Origin: Iocasia fonsfrigidae
GTDB taxonomy: Bacteria; Bacillota; Halanaerobiia; Halanaerobiales; DTU029
Reading direction: 5' to 3'
Length of the DNA: 32,000 nt
Assembly (NCBI RefSeq): GCF_017751145.1
Contig: NZ_CP046640.1
Coordinates: 444,137 to 476,136, forward strand
In this document: one piece after another, positions 1 through 8,800 of the stretch
How positions within the stretch are numbered: the first letter of the stretch is position 1
Layout of the letters: each line of letters starts with the position of its first letter
Position numbers and translations under genes: made by a program
The notes under the pieces: model-generated
What the model saw: the letters and a program-made list of their open reading frames with translations, nothing else
Databases searched by the model: none
What the model was told of the DNA's origin: nothing

Positions 1-84
1 ACAGGTTTAAGTGAAGAACCCTCACTTTATTTTCAGTTGATAAATGCTGAAGGGCCGATCGACCCCCGTGAATACATAAAATAA
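1..84 (+). CDS. 3' end (partial) of a LytM/M23-peptidase-like gene with a degenerate active site; possibly SpoIIQ-type
   Basis: Frame 1 reads TGLSEEPSLYFQLINAEGPIDPREYIK*. This fits the C-terminal M23 signature TG.S.GPHLHFE...G..vDP..Y, but both His positions are substituted (S and Y). Its position upstream of spoIIID recalls the clostridial spoIIQ-spoIIID-mreB order. Confidence 0.35.
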   Translation, partial: TGLSEEPSLYFQLINAEGPIDPREYIK

Positions 85-138
85 GAAATTTTTAAAAAAT
101 ATTATCAGCTGTCGGCCTAGTTTATATTTAAGCGTCTT

Positions 139-234
139 GCATAATTGATTGTTGCCGTCCAAAAACTTCTCTGTTTAAATAGGGAGTGCCCTAGGTGCTC
201 TGTTTTAATCGGCTGGTCAACAATTCAATTATGC
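139..234. repeat. Imperfect palindrome A (about 96 bp)
   Basis: GCATAATTGATTGTTG (139-154) pairs with CAACAATTCAATTATGC (218-234), with one extra T. There is a central mini-hairpin TAGGG-AGTG-CCCTA and an internal direct repeat CTCTGTTT(A/T)AAT. Confidence 0.6.
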
Positions 235-263
235 AAAAGTTCTATTATGAAAGAGTCTTATTT

Positions 264-310
264 AAAAAAGTCCCACCTGTATATATCATATATACAGGTG
301 GGACTTTTTT
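264..310. terminator. Bidirectional rho-independent terminator (serves cstA on the - strand and the M23-like gene on the + strand)
   Basis: AAAAAAGTCCCACCTGTATATAT-CAT-ATATACAGGTGGGACTTTTTT is a perfect stem of about 20 bp, flanked by an A-run on one side and a T-run on the other. Confidence 0.85.
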
Positions 311-361
311 AAATAGCTGGCTTAAATAGTTAATATTACCCTACCTTTGTCATCCTTCATA

Positions 362-2041
362 TTAGGCACTAATATTGCTACTGAGTTCTTCTTTTCTGGT
401 CTTATTAAAGACATTACAGGATTCGACAACCATCCAGACTTCGAGTACAAAGAGGATGGCACCGATAGTTGTTAGTAAGGTATTACCCTGTCCATAGAAT
501 TGATTTATATTATAGAGCAGGGCCCAGGTTTCGATAATGACCATAAAAATAAAGGGCAGCATGGTAACATAGATAGGTTTCTGCTTTTTAAGTAGATAAA
601 CAGTCACAACCAGCAAGGCCAGGGCAGCCAGCATTTGATTGGCAGCACCAAATAGTGGCCAAAGAATCATACCCCCTGCACCACCATTAATACTGGCCAA
701 TAGGAAAGCAGCTATTACAGCGACGAGTGTTGCGCCATGTTTGCTAGCCAGTGGTTTAATTTTGAAATCGCTGGCCAGTTCAGATATTACATAACGCTGG
801 ATACGTGTGGCACTATCAAGAGTTGTGGCAGCAAAACTTACTACTAGTACAGAGAGAATAGCCGTACCTATGGTATGGGTAAGACCAAGACTTGTCAGGA
901 AGGAAGAACCCCCTTCTACAAAGGCACTAACCTTGGCAGCCAATCCATTAGCAGCACTCCAGCTGGCATAGTGAGAGGTCCAGGCCTCTAAAGAGGCAAA
1001 TCCGGCAATACAAACCAGGATAGTTATAGTAGCTAAAATTCCCTCAGCCAGCATACCACCATAACCAATAAAGCGGGCATCTTTTTCACTTTCCAATTGT
1101 TTAACTGTTGTACCAGAGGAAACAGTGGAGTGGAAACCAGAGATAGCCCCACAGGCAATAGTAATAAACAAGAAGGGTATAATAGGTGGTGCTCCAGCCG
1201 CATTGTGGTTAAAGGCTGGTGCTACAATCTCTGGTCTGGCAATAAATAAACCAGCAATAATCAAAATAAGCCCGACCATTAATTCATGGGAGTTAATAAA
1301 ATCTCTTGCTTGTAAAAGTGTCCAGACAGGTAATACAGAAGCAATATAGGCATAAATCATTAAGATAATAACCCAGACCATTCTGGGTGATAGGCCTAGT
1401 ATGGCAGGCATTTTAAAAGGCAGATAAATACCTATCCAGATAGTTACATACATAAGTGCCAGGGCAATTAGTGAAGGTATTAGTACATTTTTGCCTTTCT
1501 TATAAACCAGAAAGCCCAGGGTTATAGCTATTGGAATTTCCATCCAGACCGGAAAAACACTCTGTGGATATGTTTCAAACAAGATAGCAATAATTAAAGC
1601 AAAAACGGCAATTAGGATTAGTAGTGTAAAAAATATAAATAATAAGAAGAGAGTACGCACCCTGTTATTAACAATATTACCACTGATTTCACCGATGCTT
1701 TTACCTTCATTTCGGGCAGAGATCATTAAGGAACTAAAGTCATGGACAGCACCCAGAAAGATTGAACCGAAAATTACCCACAATATAGCTGGAACCCAGC
1801 CCCAGATCACGGCAATAGCAGGACCGACTATTGGAGCAGCGCCAGCAATAGATGTGAAATGATGACCAAATAGGATAGGGCTGCTTGTTGGGACATAATC
1901 AACACCATCTTTATATTGATGGGATGGTGTTTCATTAGCTGGATTCACTTCAAATATCCTGGTACTGATATACTTCCCATAGAAATTATAGGCAATAATA
2001 AAACCAACAAAGGTACCTAAAGCAATTAAAATCGAACCCAT
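362..2041 (-). CDS. cstA: Carbon starvation protein CstA family (peptide/pyruvate transporter)
   Basis: 559-aa polytopic membrane ORF. The N-terminus FYGKYIS...DYVPT...LFGHHFTSIAGAAPIVGPAIAVIWGWVPAILWVIFGSIFLGAVHDF is the characteristic CstA signature. An RBS AAGGAGGA lies upstream on the minus strand. Confidence 0.9.
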   Translation of the reverse strand: MGSILIALGTFVGFIIAYNFYGKYISTRIFEVNPANETPSHQYKDGVDYVPTSSPILFGHHFTSIAGAAPIVGPAIAVIWGWVPAILWVIFGSIFLGAVHDFSSLMISARNEGKSIGEISGNIVNNRVRTLFLLFIFFTLLILIAVFALIIAILFETYPQSVFPVWMEIPIAITLGFLVYKKGKNVLIPSLIALALMYVTIWIGIYLPFKMPAILGLSPRMVWVIILMIYAYIASVLPVWTLLQARDFINSHELMVGLILIIAGLFIARPEIVAPAFNHNAAGAPPIIPFLFITIACGAISGFHSTVSSGTTVKQLESEKDARFIGYGGMLAEGILATITILVCIAGFASLEAWTSHYASWSAANGLAAKVSAFVEGGSSFLTSLGLTHTIGTAILSVLVVSFAATTLDSATRIQRYVISELASDFKIKPLASKHGATLVAVIAAFLLASINGGAGGMILWPLFGAANQMLAALALLVVTVYLLKKQKPIYVTMLPFIFMVIIETWALLYNINQFYGQGNTLLTTIGAILFVLEVWMVVESCNVFNKTRKEELSSNISA

Positions 2042-2236
2042 AAAATTAAATCCTCCTTAATTTGTTTTGTTTATGGCAGCCAGCTTCTTTGAACAATCCT
2101 CCTTTCAGACCTTAAGTAACTACCATAATATAACTTAATCCCCATTATAAGGTTCTGCATCAAACAATAAACTCCTGCTAAAAAATAGATATTACTGTAA
2201 AAAATAGATATAAATTTACTGATTAAAGATGCCTTT

Positions 2237-2268
2237 GGTATATTTCACCTTAACCCCTGCATATAAAT
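2237..2268 (+). promoter_or_regulatory. Candidate mother-cell (sigma-E/K-type) promoter of spoIIID
   Basis: GGTATATT (2237-2244), then 15 nt, then CATATAAAT (2260-2268). This resembles the B. subtilis sigma-E consensus (kHATAxx - about 14 nt - CATACAhT). It lies 40 nt upstream of the TTG start preferred for spoIIID. Confidence 0.3.
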
Positions 2269-2306
2269 TAATTAGTATTGGGTATTTGATCTGGGGGGAA
2301 TTAAGA

Positions 2307-2564
2307 TTGAAGGATTATATTAGAGAAAGGGTAATAGAGGTGGCAAACTATATTTATGAAACACGGGCCACTGTCCGGCAGACAGCAAAAATCTATGGTG
2401 TTAGCAAGAGTACAATTCATAAAGATGTTACCGAGCGCTTAACACGTATTGATGCTGAGCTTGCTTCCCGGGTGAAAAAAGTTCTTGAGTTTAATAAAGC
2501 AGAACGTCATATCAGGGGTGGTGAAGCAACTAAAAGGAAATATAAGAATTTGAAGAATAATTAG
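2307..2564 (+). CDS. spoIIID: Stage III sporulation transcriptional regulator SpoIIID
   Basis: KDYIRERVIEVANYIYETRATVRQTAKIYGVSKSTIHKDVTERL...HIRGGEATKRKYK aligns along its whole length with B. subtilis SpoIIID (about 93 aa, HTH). I prefer the TTG at 2307, which has a GGGGGGAA RBS 7 nt upstream. The ORF-track start at 2229 would add 26 non-homologous residues. Confidence 0.9.
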   Translation: MKDYIRERVIEVANYIYETRATVRQTAKIYGVSKSTIHKDVTERLTRIDAELASRVKKVLEFNKAERHIRGGEATKRKYKNLKNN

Positions 2565-2596
2565 GTAAAATGTCGCATATTCTTTATCATTATGAT

Positions 2597-2625
2597 GCAG
2601 GAGAAAAATGATAAACCTAGAATAT
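2597..2625 (+). promoter_or_regulatory. Sigma-H-type promoter-like motif upstream of mreB/mbl
   Basis: GCAGGAgaa, 11 nt, then ctaGAATAT. AGGA (2599-2602) and GAAT (2620-2623) are separated by exactly 17 nt. The two motifs upstream of ompM have the same spacing and the same extended sequence (TGCAGGA / GAATATA). Confidence 0.4.
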
Positions 2626-2640
2626 AATATTTAGAGTGTG

Positions 2641-2752
2641 TGTTCGAAAAGGCATGAATAGGGGATTATATATCCCTGAACGAAGTTAAGGTGTTACCGT
2701 TGAGTGAAGGGATATATAATCCCCGGCGGTATATACTGATACTTTTCGAACA
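2641..2752 (+). repeat. Nested hairpin B in the mreB/mbl leader region
   Basis: The outer stem is TGTTCGAAAAG (2641-2651) with CTTTTCGAACA (2742-2752), 11/11 bp. The inner stem is GGGGATTATATATCCCT (2661-2677) with AGGGATATATAATCCCC (2708-2724), 17/17 bp. The loop is 30 nt and no T-run follows. Confidence 0.6.
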
Positions 2753-2790
2753 GGCTCTTAGAGTTATGCAAATGAGGGGAGTTGGATAAG

Positions 2791-3819
2791 ATGCTAGGGC
2801 TTTCCAAAAAAATAGGGATAGATCTAGGTACAGCGAATATTTTAGTATATGAAAAAGGAAAGGGTATTGTCGTACAAGAACCATCGGTTGTAGCGATGGA
2901 TACTGAAACCAATAAAGTCGTTGCTGTGGGGACAGAAGCCAGGAGGATGCTCGGGAGGACACCAGGGAATATTGTGGCTATAAGGCCTTTAAAGGATGGG
3001 GTTATAGCTGATTTTGATGTTACAGAATTAATGTTAAAACACTTCATTACTGCTGCCGTAAAGAGGCGCAGACTCTTTAAACCAATTGTGATGGTTTGTA
3101 TACCAGTTGGTATTACAGGTGTTGAAAAAAGGGCTGTTATTGAATCAGCTATGCAGGTAGGGGCCAGAAAGACCTTTTTAATCGAAGAACCGCTGGCAGC
3201 AGCCATTGGTGCTGGCCTGCCGATTGAAGAACCACGGGGTAGTATGGTCATAGATATTGGTGGTGGCACATCAGAGATAGCAGTTATTTCCCTGGGAGGA
3301 ATAGTTGTCAGTGAGTCCCTGAGAATTGGCGGTGACCGCTTTGATGAGGCTGTTATCCGTTATATTAGGGATAAGTATAACCTTATTATTGGGGATAAGA
3401 CTGCTGAAGAGATTAAAACAACGATCGGGTCAGCCTTTGTAGAAGAAAGCAGGGAATTTGAAGTAAGAGGCAGGAGTGTCCTTACTGGTCTTCCTAAAAA
3501 TTTGAATATTACGTCAGAGGAGACTGTAGAGGCTTTTCAAGAGCCAATAAATGCTATTATAGCAGCTGTAACCCGTGTTCTGGAACAGACTCCACCTGAA
3601 TTATCATCAGATATTATGGACAGGGGAATTATTATGACAGGTGGAGGCTCTTTATTGAATAATTTGACCAAATTAATTAGTCAGAAAACTGAGATTCCTG
3701 TATTTTTAGCTGATGACCCTTTGACTTGTGTTGCAGAGGGTACTGGACATGCCCTGGAAGAAATAGATAATTTAGCAGATGCACTGACATCCAATGATGG
3801 AGTTGGATATAGGCGGTAA
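2791..3819 (+). CDS. mreB: Rod-shape-determining actin homologue MreB/Mbl
   Basis: [14 protein letters not shown]...PSVVA...[14 protein letters not shown]...[14 protein letters not shown]...[19 protein letters not shown]...[11 protein letters not shown]...IMTGGGSLL are actin-fold phosphate/adenosine motifs typical of MreB. I prefer the ATG at 2791, with a GAGGGGA RBS 10 nt upstream, over the TTG at 2782. It follows spoIIID, as mbl does in Bacillus. Confidence 0.93.
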   Translation: MLGLSKKIGIDLGTANILVYEKGKGIVVQEPSVVAMDTETNKVVAVGTEARRMLGRTPGNIVAIRPLKDGVIADFDVTELMLKHFITAAVKRRRLFKPIVMVCIPVGITGVEKRAVIESAMQVGARKTFLIEEPLAAAIGAGLPIEEPRGSMVIDIGGGTSEIAVISLGGIVVSESLRIGGDRFDEAVIRYIRDKYNLIIGDKTAEEIKTTIGSAFVEESREFEVRGRSVLTGLPKNLNITSEETVEAFQEPINAIIAAVTRVLEQTPPELSSDIMDRGIIMTGGGSLLNNLTKLISQKTEIPVFLADDPLTCVAEGTGHALEEIDNLADALTSNDGVGYRR

Positions 3820-3855
3820 AAAATTAGCAAAAGTAATTAGAAGGGATTTGATGTT

Positions 3856-5601
3856 TTGCGTTTTAAAATAAAACACTTTATGTTTGTATTATTGATTATG
3901 ATACTTATTAGTGGTTTTTCTGTTGCTGAAGAGATTATGCCCCTTACAGAGATAGAAGCAGGTATGCAGGGTAAAGCAAAGACGGTTTTTTACGGTGATA
4001 AGGTAGAGGAATTTCCGGTTGAAATAATAGATATTATGCCTGATCAGGGATTAAACAGGGATTTGATATTGATCAGGGCAGGTGGTGAAAAGATAGATGA
4101 AATAGGTGGGATAGCCGCTGGAATGAGCGGTAGCCCTGTCTATATTGAAGGCAAATTGATAGGTGCTATTGGTTATGGATGGAGTTTTAGCGAGGGCAAT
4201 TATGCCCTGGTAACACCTATTGAAGACATGCTGACCTTAATAAATAGTGAAGATAATGAAGGTATAGAGAATAGTAATTTAGCTGAAAGAGGGTTATCAA
4301 CCCCATTATTAGTAAGTGGTTTAACAGGTAGGTCTTTTGATAGATTAAAAAAAGACCTGGAGAGCCTTGGTTTAGAGCTTACTCCCTATAATGTTTCTAC
4401 TGGAGGCCGGGCAGAGTTTAAGACTAAGCTTGAACCAGGTAGTGCTGTTGCTGTACAACTGGTCAGGGGTGATATCAATATCGGTTCTATTGGAACAGTA
4501 AGCTATCTTGATGAAAGTGGTAATATTCTTGCCTTTGGTCACCCTTTTTTCAATAAAGGTGAGGTAGATTATATGTTAAGTAGTGCCACTATTAGGGGTG
4601 TTATCCCCAGTATGCAGCAGCCTTTTAAATTAGGCTCTCCGAATAAAGAACTTTTGGGGTCAATTACAGTTGATAGAGGCGCTGGTATTGCTGGAAAGCT
4701 TAAGAAATACTCCCGGGTAATTCCCCTGAGAATACGGGTCTTTGATCAGGAACGGGAAGTTGAAAACAAGGTAAATGCCCAGCTAATACGTGATGAAGAC
4801 CTGATAACCTCTCTAGTTACCAATATTGGTCTGGAATCACTTGATGCTACTTTAGATAGGATTGGTGAAGGTACAGCCAGGACGAGGTTTAAGATCACAG
4901 CTAATGGTCTGCCTGCCCTGTCTATAGAAAGAGAGAATATGTATTACAGCAGGCGTGATATTGCCTCTCTGGCCCTGCTAGATCTTTATCAGGTAATGGA
5001 TATAATAACTGGTAATCCCTTTCAGGAGGTTAATTTGATAGATATACAATATGATGTAGAGGTAGACCATACTGCCCAGGTTGCCCTGGTTCAGGAGGCT
5101 AGAGTTATTAATCAGGAGATTAGGCCAGGTGATCAGGTAGAAGTTGAGGTTATTCTTCATCCCTACCGGGGAGAGGTTTTTACTAAAAATGTAAAGATTG
5201 AGATACCTGAGGATACCCAACCCGGTATGGCCAGTATGGTAATAGATGGCGGATTTACCGGACAGTCATATCAGCATCTCCCAGAGGATTCTACCCAGGA
5301 GGATGATCTTAATCAGGCAGTTGTACAGGGATATAAGGATTTTCCTTCTATTATCGAGGATTATCTGGAAAAACCAAAAAATAATGATTTAATCATACAG
5401 GTCTATCCAGGATATACACCTGATGATATTGAAGCTGAAGATGAGCATAAACAGGGTCATGAAGCTGGAGATCAAGAAGATGAAAGGAAAGAAAATAAAG
5501 AGGAGTCACCGGAGAATACAGCTGCCCCTGATCAAGAACCCAAAGAAGAGGAAGAAAGAATAGATAATAGGGAAATAGAAGAGACAGAAATAAAGGAATA
5601 G
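3856..5601 (+). CDS. Secreted S55 (SpoIVB-type) serine peptidase domain protein with a long acidic C-terminal tail
   Basis: There is an N-terminal signal/TM segment. DKVEEFPVEIIDIMP...GGIAAGMSGSPVYIEGKLIGAIGYGW (GMSGSP at nt 4120-4137) matches the SpoIVB Ser block. GSIGTVSYLDESGNILAFGHPF (His codon at 4540-4542) matches the SpoIVB His block. I could not recognise a PDZ domain. The last 70 aa or so are a D/E/K-rich low-complexity tail. Confidence 0.7.
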   Translation: MRFKIKHFMFVLLIMILISGFSVAEEIMPLTEIEAGMQGKAKTVFYGDKVEEFPVEIIDIMPDQGLNRDLILIRAGGEKIDEIGGIAAGMSGSPVYIEGKLIGAIGYGWSFSEGNYALVTPIEDMLTLINSEDNEGIENSNLAERGLSTPLLVSGLTGRSFDRLKKDLESLGLELTPYNVSTGGRAEFKTKLEPGSAVAVQLVRGDINIGSIGTVSYLDESGNILAFGHPFFNKGEVDYMLSSATIRGVIPSMQQPFKLGSPNKELLGSITVDRGAGIAGKLKKYSRVIPLRIRVFDQEREVENKVNAQLIRDEDLITSLVTNIGLESLDATLDRIGEGTARTRFKITANGLPALSIERENMYYSRRDIASLALLDLYQVMDIITGNPFQEVNLIDIQYDVEVDHTAQVALVQEARVINQEIRPGDQVEVEVILHPYRGEVFTKNVKIEIPEDTQPGMASMVIDGGFTGQSYQHLPEDSTQEDDLNQAVVQGYKDFPSIIEDYLEKPKNNDLIIQVYPGYTPDDIEAEDEHKQGHEAGDQEDERKENKEESPENTAAPDQEPKEEEERIDNREIEETEIKE

Positions 5602-5736
5602 TTGAAACAGATTATGTATTGGAAGGAAACCTATCTCTAGATATTAATATAAAGGATATAAATAGTAAAAACACCCCTGACATAACAGAGGAAAGAGTAG
5701 AAAAAGGAGAATAGGGCTTAGGAATTTGTGTAAAAT

Positions 5737-5764
5737 AACCCTGGGGATTATCCTCAGGGTTTTC
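5737..5764 (+). terminator. Probable rho-independent terminator after the S55 peptidase gene
   Basis: AACCCTGGGG-ATTA-TCCTCAGGGTTTTCC is a GC-rich stem with one bulge, followed by a short T-run. Confidence 0.5.
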
Positions 5765-5853
5765 CATTAACTACCTGTCTAAATAGTTGATTTAATAGCC
5801 TAAGTATAATATTATGTAATATGGAAAGTTAGCTATTGGGGGGACAGTAATTT

Positions 5854-8800
5854 ATGAAAACAAAATCAATAATCTATCTGTCCTTACTGATGTTTTTTAT
5901 CCTGACTGCTGTTTTTATTATGAAGGTTTCAACAGAGATAATAGATCTGAAAGAAGAAATCATTAATTATATAGATGAGGTTTACCAACTTAAGATTGAA
6001 GTAGGTAGTATTGATTTCTGGTCATTTACTGCTCTGTCTTTATATGATACAGAGGTTTTGCTTGATCATGATAATATAAGTTTTTCTTCCCCGGAGGTAA
6101 AACTATATTATAATCCCCTGGAATTAATTTTCAGCCAGAAAAAGATTATTGATGGTATTAAACAGATTAAATTTATCAATCCTGTTCTTAATGTCAAAAA
6201 TCAAGCTACAGGGGATGCTGGTACAGTTGATCAGGTAATTAAGGATTATCTTCCTTCAGGGAAAAAGCCAGTACAGTTAATTGTTCAGGATGGTACTGTC
6301 CAGTATTCAGGTGAGGGACAGGAAATAAGGCTGGAAAAACTGGATCTGGCACTGCTTATTGATGAAGAGGGCTGGCAGGGTGACCTTAAAACAGGTTTTC
6401 TTGATTTAGCGAAATTAAGTAGTCCTCTGGAGAAAATCTTTAGTGAACAACAGGGGTCTATACAGAATTTAACAGGTCAGGGAAGTCTTGAGCTGATTTT
6501 TCAGGGTAAGGGGGTTGCTGTTCGGGATTATTCCGGCCGGCTGCTTCTTGATGGGGTTGAAGGGCTTATCTCCTGTACTGATTACCTGGATGATGAGGTG
6601 TTTAATGATTTAAGTGGAGAGATTCTATTTGATTCAGCCAGTCAGCAGCTGCAGTTAAACGGCCTCTATCTAAATTTTTTTAAAACAGCAGTACAGCTTA
6701 GCGGTAGTCTAGATTTTAGCAGAGATACCCCTGAGATATTTGCCAGGGTATATTCAAGTGATTTTAATCCTGAGAGAATAGATATCTTAAAGGAGTATCT
6801 ACCTATCAGTGGTACCGGGATGGTCGAATTATTAATAGCTGGTGATCTGTCATCACCTGAACTACAACTGGATTACTCCCTATCTGATGGTGAGCTATTT
6901 AATAGAGAACAGCCGTGGAAACAGGAGATTGCTGGTTTAGATACTGTAATGCGTTATCATGATGGTTTCTTATATCTGGACTATTTCAATCTTAATATAA
7001 ACCAGGAGAGCTATTTTTCTGCCTCTGGTCTAATTAAACAGGATAAACTGGAGTATAGTATTGACCTGCAGGGTAAAAATATTGACCTGGGTTTAGTGGA
7101 AGAATATCTGCCTGACTATAAGCTGCCAACTGCTACAGGGAAAATAGATATTAACAGCAGTATAAGTGGTCAGGGATTAGACCTTGATAGATTAAATCTT
7201 CTGGGGGATTTTAGGATTAATAATTCAGCTGTGAAAGACTATAGACTTGACCTGATTGAAGGTCAGTTCTGGTTATCCCAGAAGGCTTTGCTTATCCAGC
7301 AGGGGTTAGTAAAGACCCCTTATGGTAATATGAACTTCTCAGGGGAATTAAATTTACTTAATAAGAAACTGGCTTTTTCCTATGAGAACAGTCAACTGGA
7401 TTTATCTCTGTTAACCCCACTTTTAGATGACAAACTCTCTCTAAAAGGTCTGGCCAGTATCAAGGGTAGAGTAGATGGTTATCTAGATAAACCTGAGATG
7501 ACAGCCCGAATTTCTATAGATAATGGTATGCTGGATAAATACCAATTCAGCAATCTAAATTTCAGGGCAGAATATATTGAAGACAAGCTGTCAGTACCTG
7601 CTTTAAGCTGTGAATATCAGGGGGCGGCAGTAGAGGCCAGTGGTAACTTAATGCCTTCACTACAGGCCAGTATTATGATTGAGGATTTACCTTATCATGA
7701 TTTAGCTAAAATAAGTGGTATGTCAATACCACTGGAGGGCTTATTTGATTTATCATTGGGTATCAGCGGCAGTTTTACTTCACCCGAAATTAAAGGGGAG
7801 GTTTTTTCACAGGAGACATCTTTAGTATACCAGAATTTCTCATATTCACTTGATAGGCTAAGTGCTTTGTTTAGCTGGGGGGATAATACTCTGCTGCTTG
7901 AAGATCTTGACCTTCACAGAGACAGAACCCATCTGACAGCTGAAGGAGAGATTATAGAAGAGGAAATAAACCTTGATTTTATTTTGAATGAACTTGACTT
8001 TGAAGAGTATTTACCTGAGATGGCTTTAAAGGGAGATGCCAGCATTAAAGGAACTATGACAGGAAAACTAAGCAATCCGGAATTAAATGGACTAATAGTT
8101 GCTGATAGTATTATATATAATAATTATATGATTGATGGTCTGGTTGGTGAATTATCTTATAGTGATGATAAAATAATAATAACGAACTCTTATCTGCGCT
8201 GTGGTTCTGATGATTATAATATACACGGTAAGCTGACTAATCTAAGTAAGGATATAAAGCTAGACCTTATACTGGAGACAGAAAGAGGGAAGATTAAGGA
8301 CCTGCTAAACAGATATTATACCGGACTTCCTATTCCAGAAGACTATTATTTCAGTGGTAGTGTGGTAGTAGGTGGTTCAATTACTACCCCTGAGGCAGAG
8401 GTAGACCTCTCCTTTTTTGGGGCAGAGGAATCCCAGGGTACTGTTACTATGATCGGAGATATTAAAGATGGTTTTAATCTTAAATTAAAGGGGCAGGGGG
8501 TTGAGATAGAGCAGATACCAGCTATTATCGATAGGGATATTAACCTTAAGGGCAAACTGGACTTCCAGGGTGAAATCACCGGTAATTTTGATTCCTATCA
8601 ATTGAAACTGGCTACCTTTCTCCTGGATGCTAGTATAGGTAATAGTACTATCGAGAGTATTAAAGGTAATTTAAGCTTTACTCAGACAGGTCTTCTGTAT
8701 CTGGAGCAGGTTCTGACTGATTCAGCAGATAGGACGTTAACCTTTAGTGGGTACATACCTGTTAAAAAAACTGCTGGTGAATATGACCTCAAGGCAGATT

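Noticed and set aside
1125-1349. Short antisense or off-frame ORFs from the track: 1125-1349(+), 4978-5220(-), 8346-8579(-), 11974-12156(+), 14126-14329(-), 15031-15387(-), 17506-17748(-), 17866-18168(-), 19467-19709(-), 19586-19789(+), 19832-20020(-), 19842-20084(-), 23387-23569(-), 23556-23822(-), 24706-24894(-), 25603-25902(-).
   Set aside because: Each lies wholly inside a longer ORF that has clear family motifs. None has a convincing SD or start context, and the translations are compositionally odd (S/L/I/R-rich).
2229-2306. N-terminal extensions suggested by the longest-ORF track for spoIIID (2229), mreB (2782), lpxD (14779), the OMP (16144), the ABC permease (17119), lpxC (20284), lpxA (21606) and lptC (24566).
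   Set aside because: In each case an internal ATG, GTG or TTG has a proper SD at 6-11 nt and gives an N-terminus matching homologues or a signal peptide. The extensions overlap upstream genes, repeats or predicted promoters.
2694-3269. A 191-aa ORF and the overlapping 98-aa ORF (2666-2962), both on the minus strand.
   Set aside because: Both are entirely antisense to the strongly supported mreB/mbl gene or run through hairpin B. They have low-complexity P/S/I-rich translations, no RBS and no recognisable motif. They are shadow ORFs.
5571-5714. An open frame (-1 relative to the S55 peptidase gene) reading ...VETDYVLEGNLSLDINIKDINSKNTPDITEERVEKGE* just past the annotated stop. It could mean a frameshifted C-terminus.
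   Set aside because: It is only about 47 codons in AT-rich, purine-rich sequence where open frames arise by chance. There is no recognisable motif and no slippery site that I can identify. A frameshift or sequencing error cannot be excluded without homologue alignment, so I have not called it.
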